Of a stretch of DNA of 20,000 nt, positions 18,226 through 20,000 are shown piece by piece. Every line of letters starts with the position of its first letter. Positions within the stretch are counted from its first letter, which is position 1. The position numbers and the translations under genes are program-made. Below the pieces are notes generated by a model, which was not told where the DNA came from, ran no database searches, and was given only the letters and a program-made list of their open reading frames with translations. Source of the stretch: Mitosporidium daphniae (lineage: Eukaryota); NCBI RefSeq assembly GCF_000760515.2, contig NW_013546722.1, forward strand, positions 54,137 to 74,136, written 5' to 3'.

Positions 18226-18256
18226 GCCTGGATGGGCCAGACAAGCCCATCCAGGC
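18226..18256. repeat. 12-bp perfect GC-rich inverted repeat
   Basis: GCCTGGATGGGC-cagacaa-GCCCATCCAGGC. Confidence 0.92.
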
Positions 18257-18401
18257 AAGCATGTGTTTTAGCGTTGTAATTGAGAGAAACCTGCGGGATG
18301 CCACAGCTGCGAATGCCTTTAAATTGATATCGGCCTAAATTGGGGCTTATAGTGCAATTTTAACTTGTTGGCATAGCTTTAAACTTAATTGCGTATTGCT
18401 C

Positions 18402-20000
18402 ATGAGACCTTTCTATTTTAGAGGTTTTCTTGCTCGCCCATTGCAAAGAATGAATCAATTTTCTCTTTTGAACAATTTCTCCTCTGTTCCGTCAAAATAT
18501 AGAGAAGAACTCGATTCTTTTGGGACAATTAGTGTTCCGGATGAAAAATACTGGGGTGCTCAAACACAGCGCTCACTGTTGAACTTTGAGATCGGTGGGG
18601 TGGAAGAAAGAATGCCGCCCCCTCTTATTCATGCCCTTGGCATTATCAAGCTTGCAGCTGCAAGAATCAATCATAAACATCGCAAACTATCAACAGAGAT
18701 ATCATCTGCTATCGAATCGGCTGCAAAGGAAGTCATTGATGGGAAGCTAGACGATCATTTTCCTCTTGTTGTTTGGCAAACCGGCTCGGGAACGCAAACC
18801 AATATGAATGTCAATGAGGTAATGGTATTAGGCTCCCCCTAAAGGTCATCTCAAATAGAGCTATCGAGATGCTGTCGGGAAAGAAAGGAAGTAAAATACC
18901 GGTTCATCCAAATGACCATGTGAATATGGGACAGTCAAGCAACGACACATTTCCGACAGCAATGCACATTTCCTGTGCATTGGCTCTTCATAGGCAGCTA
19001 CTTCCCGCCCTTGAGAAGCTCAAAGCAACTCTTCATCATCAAGCATTCGAGAAATTTTCCCATATAATCAAAATCGGGCGAACTCATCTGCAGGTACCAT
19101 TTTATGCTTTTAGCCGCGTAGGATGCCACTCCAATAACTTTGGGGCAGGAAATTTCGGGATACCATTACCAGATACATCTTTCTGGGGATCGCATAAAAG
19201 GCGCACTTCCTCGTCTTTATTCCCTCGCACAGGGTGGAACTGCGGTGGGCACGGTTTTTGTCAACCGTTAATTCGGGTTAGGGCTTGAATTCGTTTAAAG
19301 GATTTGACCAAGAAATTGCTGCCGAGATTTCTGTCCTTACGGAAATCCCATTTGTCACTGCAAAAAATAAGGTTTTATTTTTGGACGTTCTCATGAGGCA
19401 AATAGTTTGAAGCATTAGCCACTCATGACACTCTGGTGGAAGTTTCTGGGATCCTAAATACGCTTGCCGTGTCGTTAATGAAAATTGCAAATGATATCCG
19501 CTTACTTGGAAGCGGCCCAAGATCGGGCCTCGGAGAAATATCGTTGCCGGAGAACGAGCCTGGTTCCTCTATCATGCCGGGAAAGGTAGCGTTTTTATGT
19601 AGCGACTTTAGGTAAATCCAACTCAATGCGAGGCCATGACAATGGTTTGTGCCCAAGTGATGGGAAACCATACGGCCATCACAATTGCTGGATCCAATGG
19701 CCATTTTGAGGTATAGATGCTGTATAGCTAATTTGCAGTTAAATGTGTTCAAACCAGTGATCATTAAAAATGTTCTGCAATCTATCCGTCTCCTCTCAGA
19801 CGCCATCATTTCTTTTGACAAGCATTGCATATCTGGAATACAACCAAACACTAAACGGATCGAATGGCTTATGAATCAATCATTGATGTTGGTCACGGCG
19901 CTTAATCCGCACATTGGTTACGATAAAGCTGCCAAGGTTGCCAAAAAGGCTCACATCGAAGGAATTACGCTAAAAGAGGCTGCAATCTCGCAAAAGAAAT
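18402..20000 (+). CDS. FUM1: Class II fumarate hydratase, 3' partial; introns 18819..18844, 19094..19121, 19254..19281, 19372..19405, 19586..19611, 19711..19738
   Basis: [77 protein letters not shown], signature [21 protein letters not shown]. Each GT-AG intron restores the conserved frame. Arg-rich N-terminal presequence. Confidence 0.97.

Noticed and set aside
18205..18350. GGAAAGTCCG (minus) and TGGGGCTTA (plus) resembling RNase P/MRP P4 strands; also AATGGGGCTT near 1961
   Set aside because: The motifs are on opposite strands, and no complementary P4 partner was found on the same strand.
1..20000. CRISPR arrays, transposases, prokaryotic defence or operon systems
   Set aside because: No repeat-spacer array, transposase or reverse-transcriptase motif was seen; the window is eukaryotic housekeeping DNA.

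Overview
This is a gene-dense eukaryotic nuclear window, not prokaryotic. It has short intergenic spacers, intronless long genes, and genes broken by very small (24-34 nt) GT-AG spliceosomal introns that the ORF track misses. In order it contains: the 5' end of a probable Trm4/NSUN2-like gene, an anillin/Bud4-like PH-domain protein, an ALG2-like GT4 mannosyltransferase, an SDT1-like HAD nucleotidase, Elongin C, RPL10 (with a 5'UTR intron), a hidden acidic CHZ-motif protein, a Tel1/ATM PIKK, a small bHLH factor, cyclin L, an elongator tRNA-Met(CAU), mitochondrial MSS1/MnmE, a 1.1 kb unexplained spacer with hairpins, and class II fumarase (6 tiny introns, runs off the window). Compaction plus tiny introns plus retained mitochondrial genes suggests an early-diverging microsporidia-related fungus (Mitosporidium/Rozellomycota-like); this is inference only. 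The most interesting signals are RNA-processing ones: two intron classes, a compound cyclin L intron with a possible poison exon, a tRNA gene 15 nt upstream of the cyclin L AUG, uORF-containing 5'UTR introns, and an MSS1 gene with no usable AUG. All family assignments are from motif recognition; no database searches were run.
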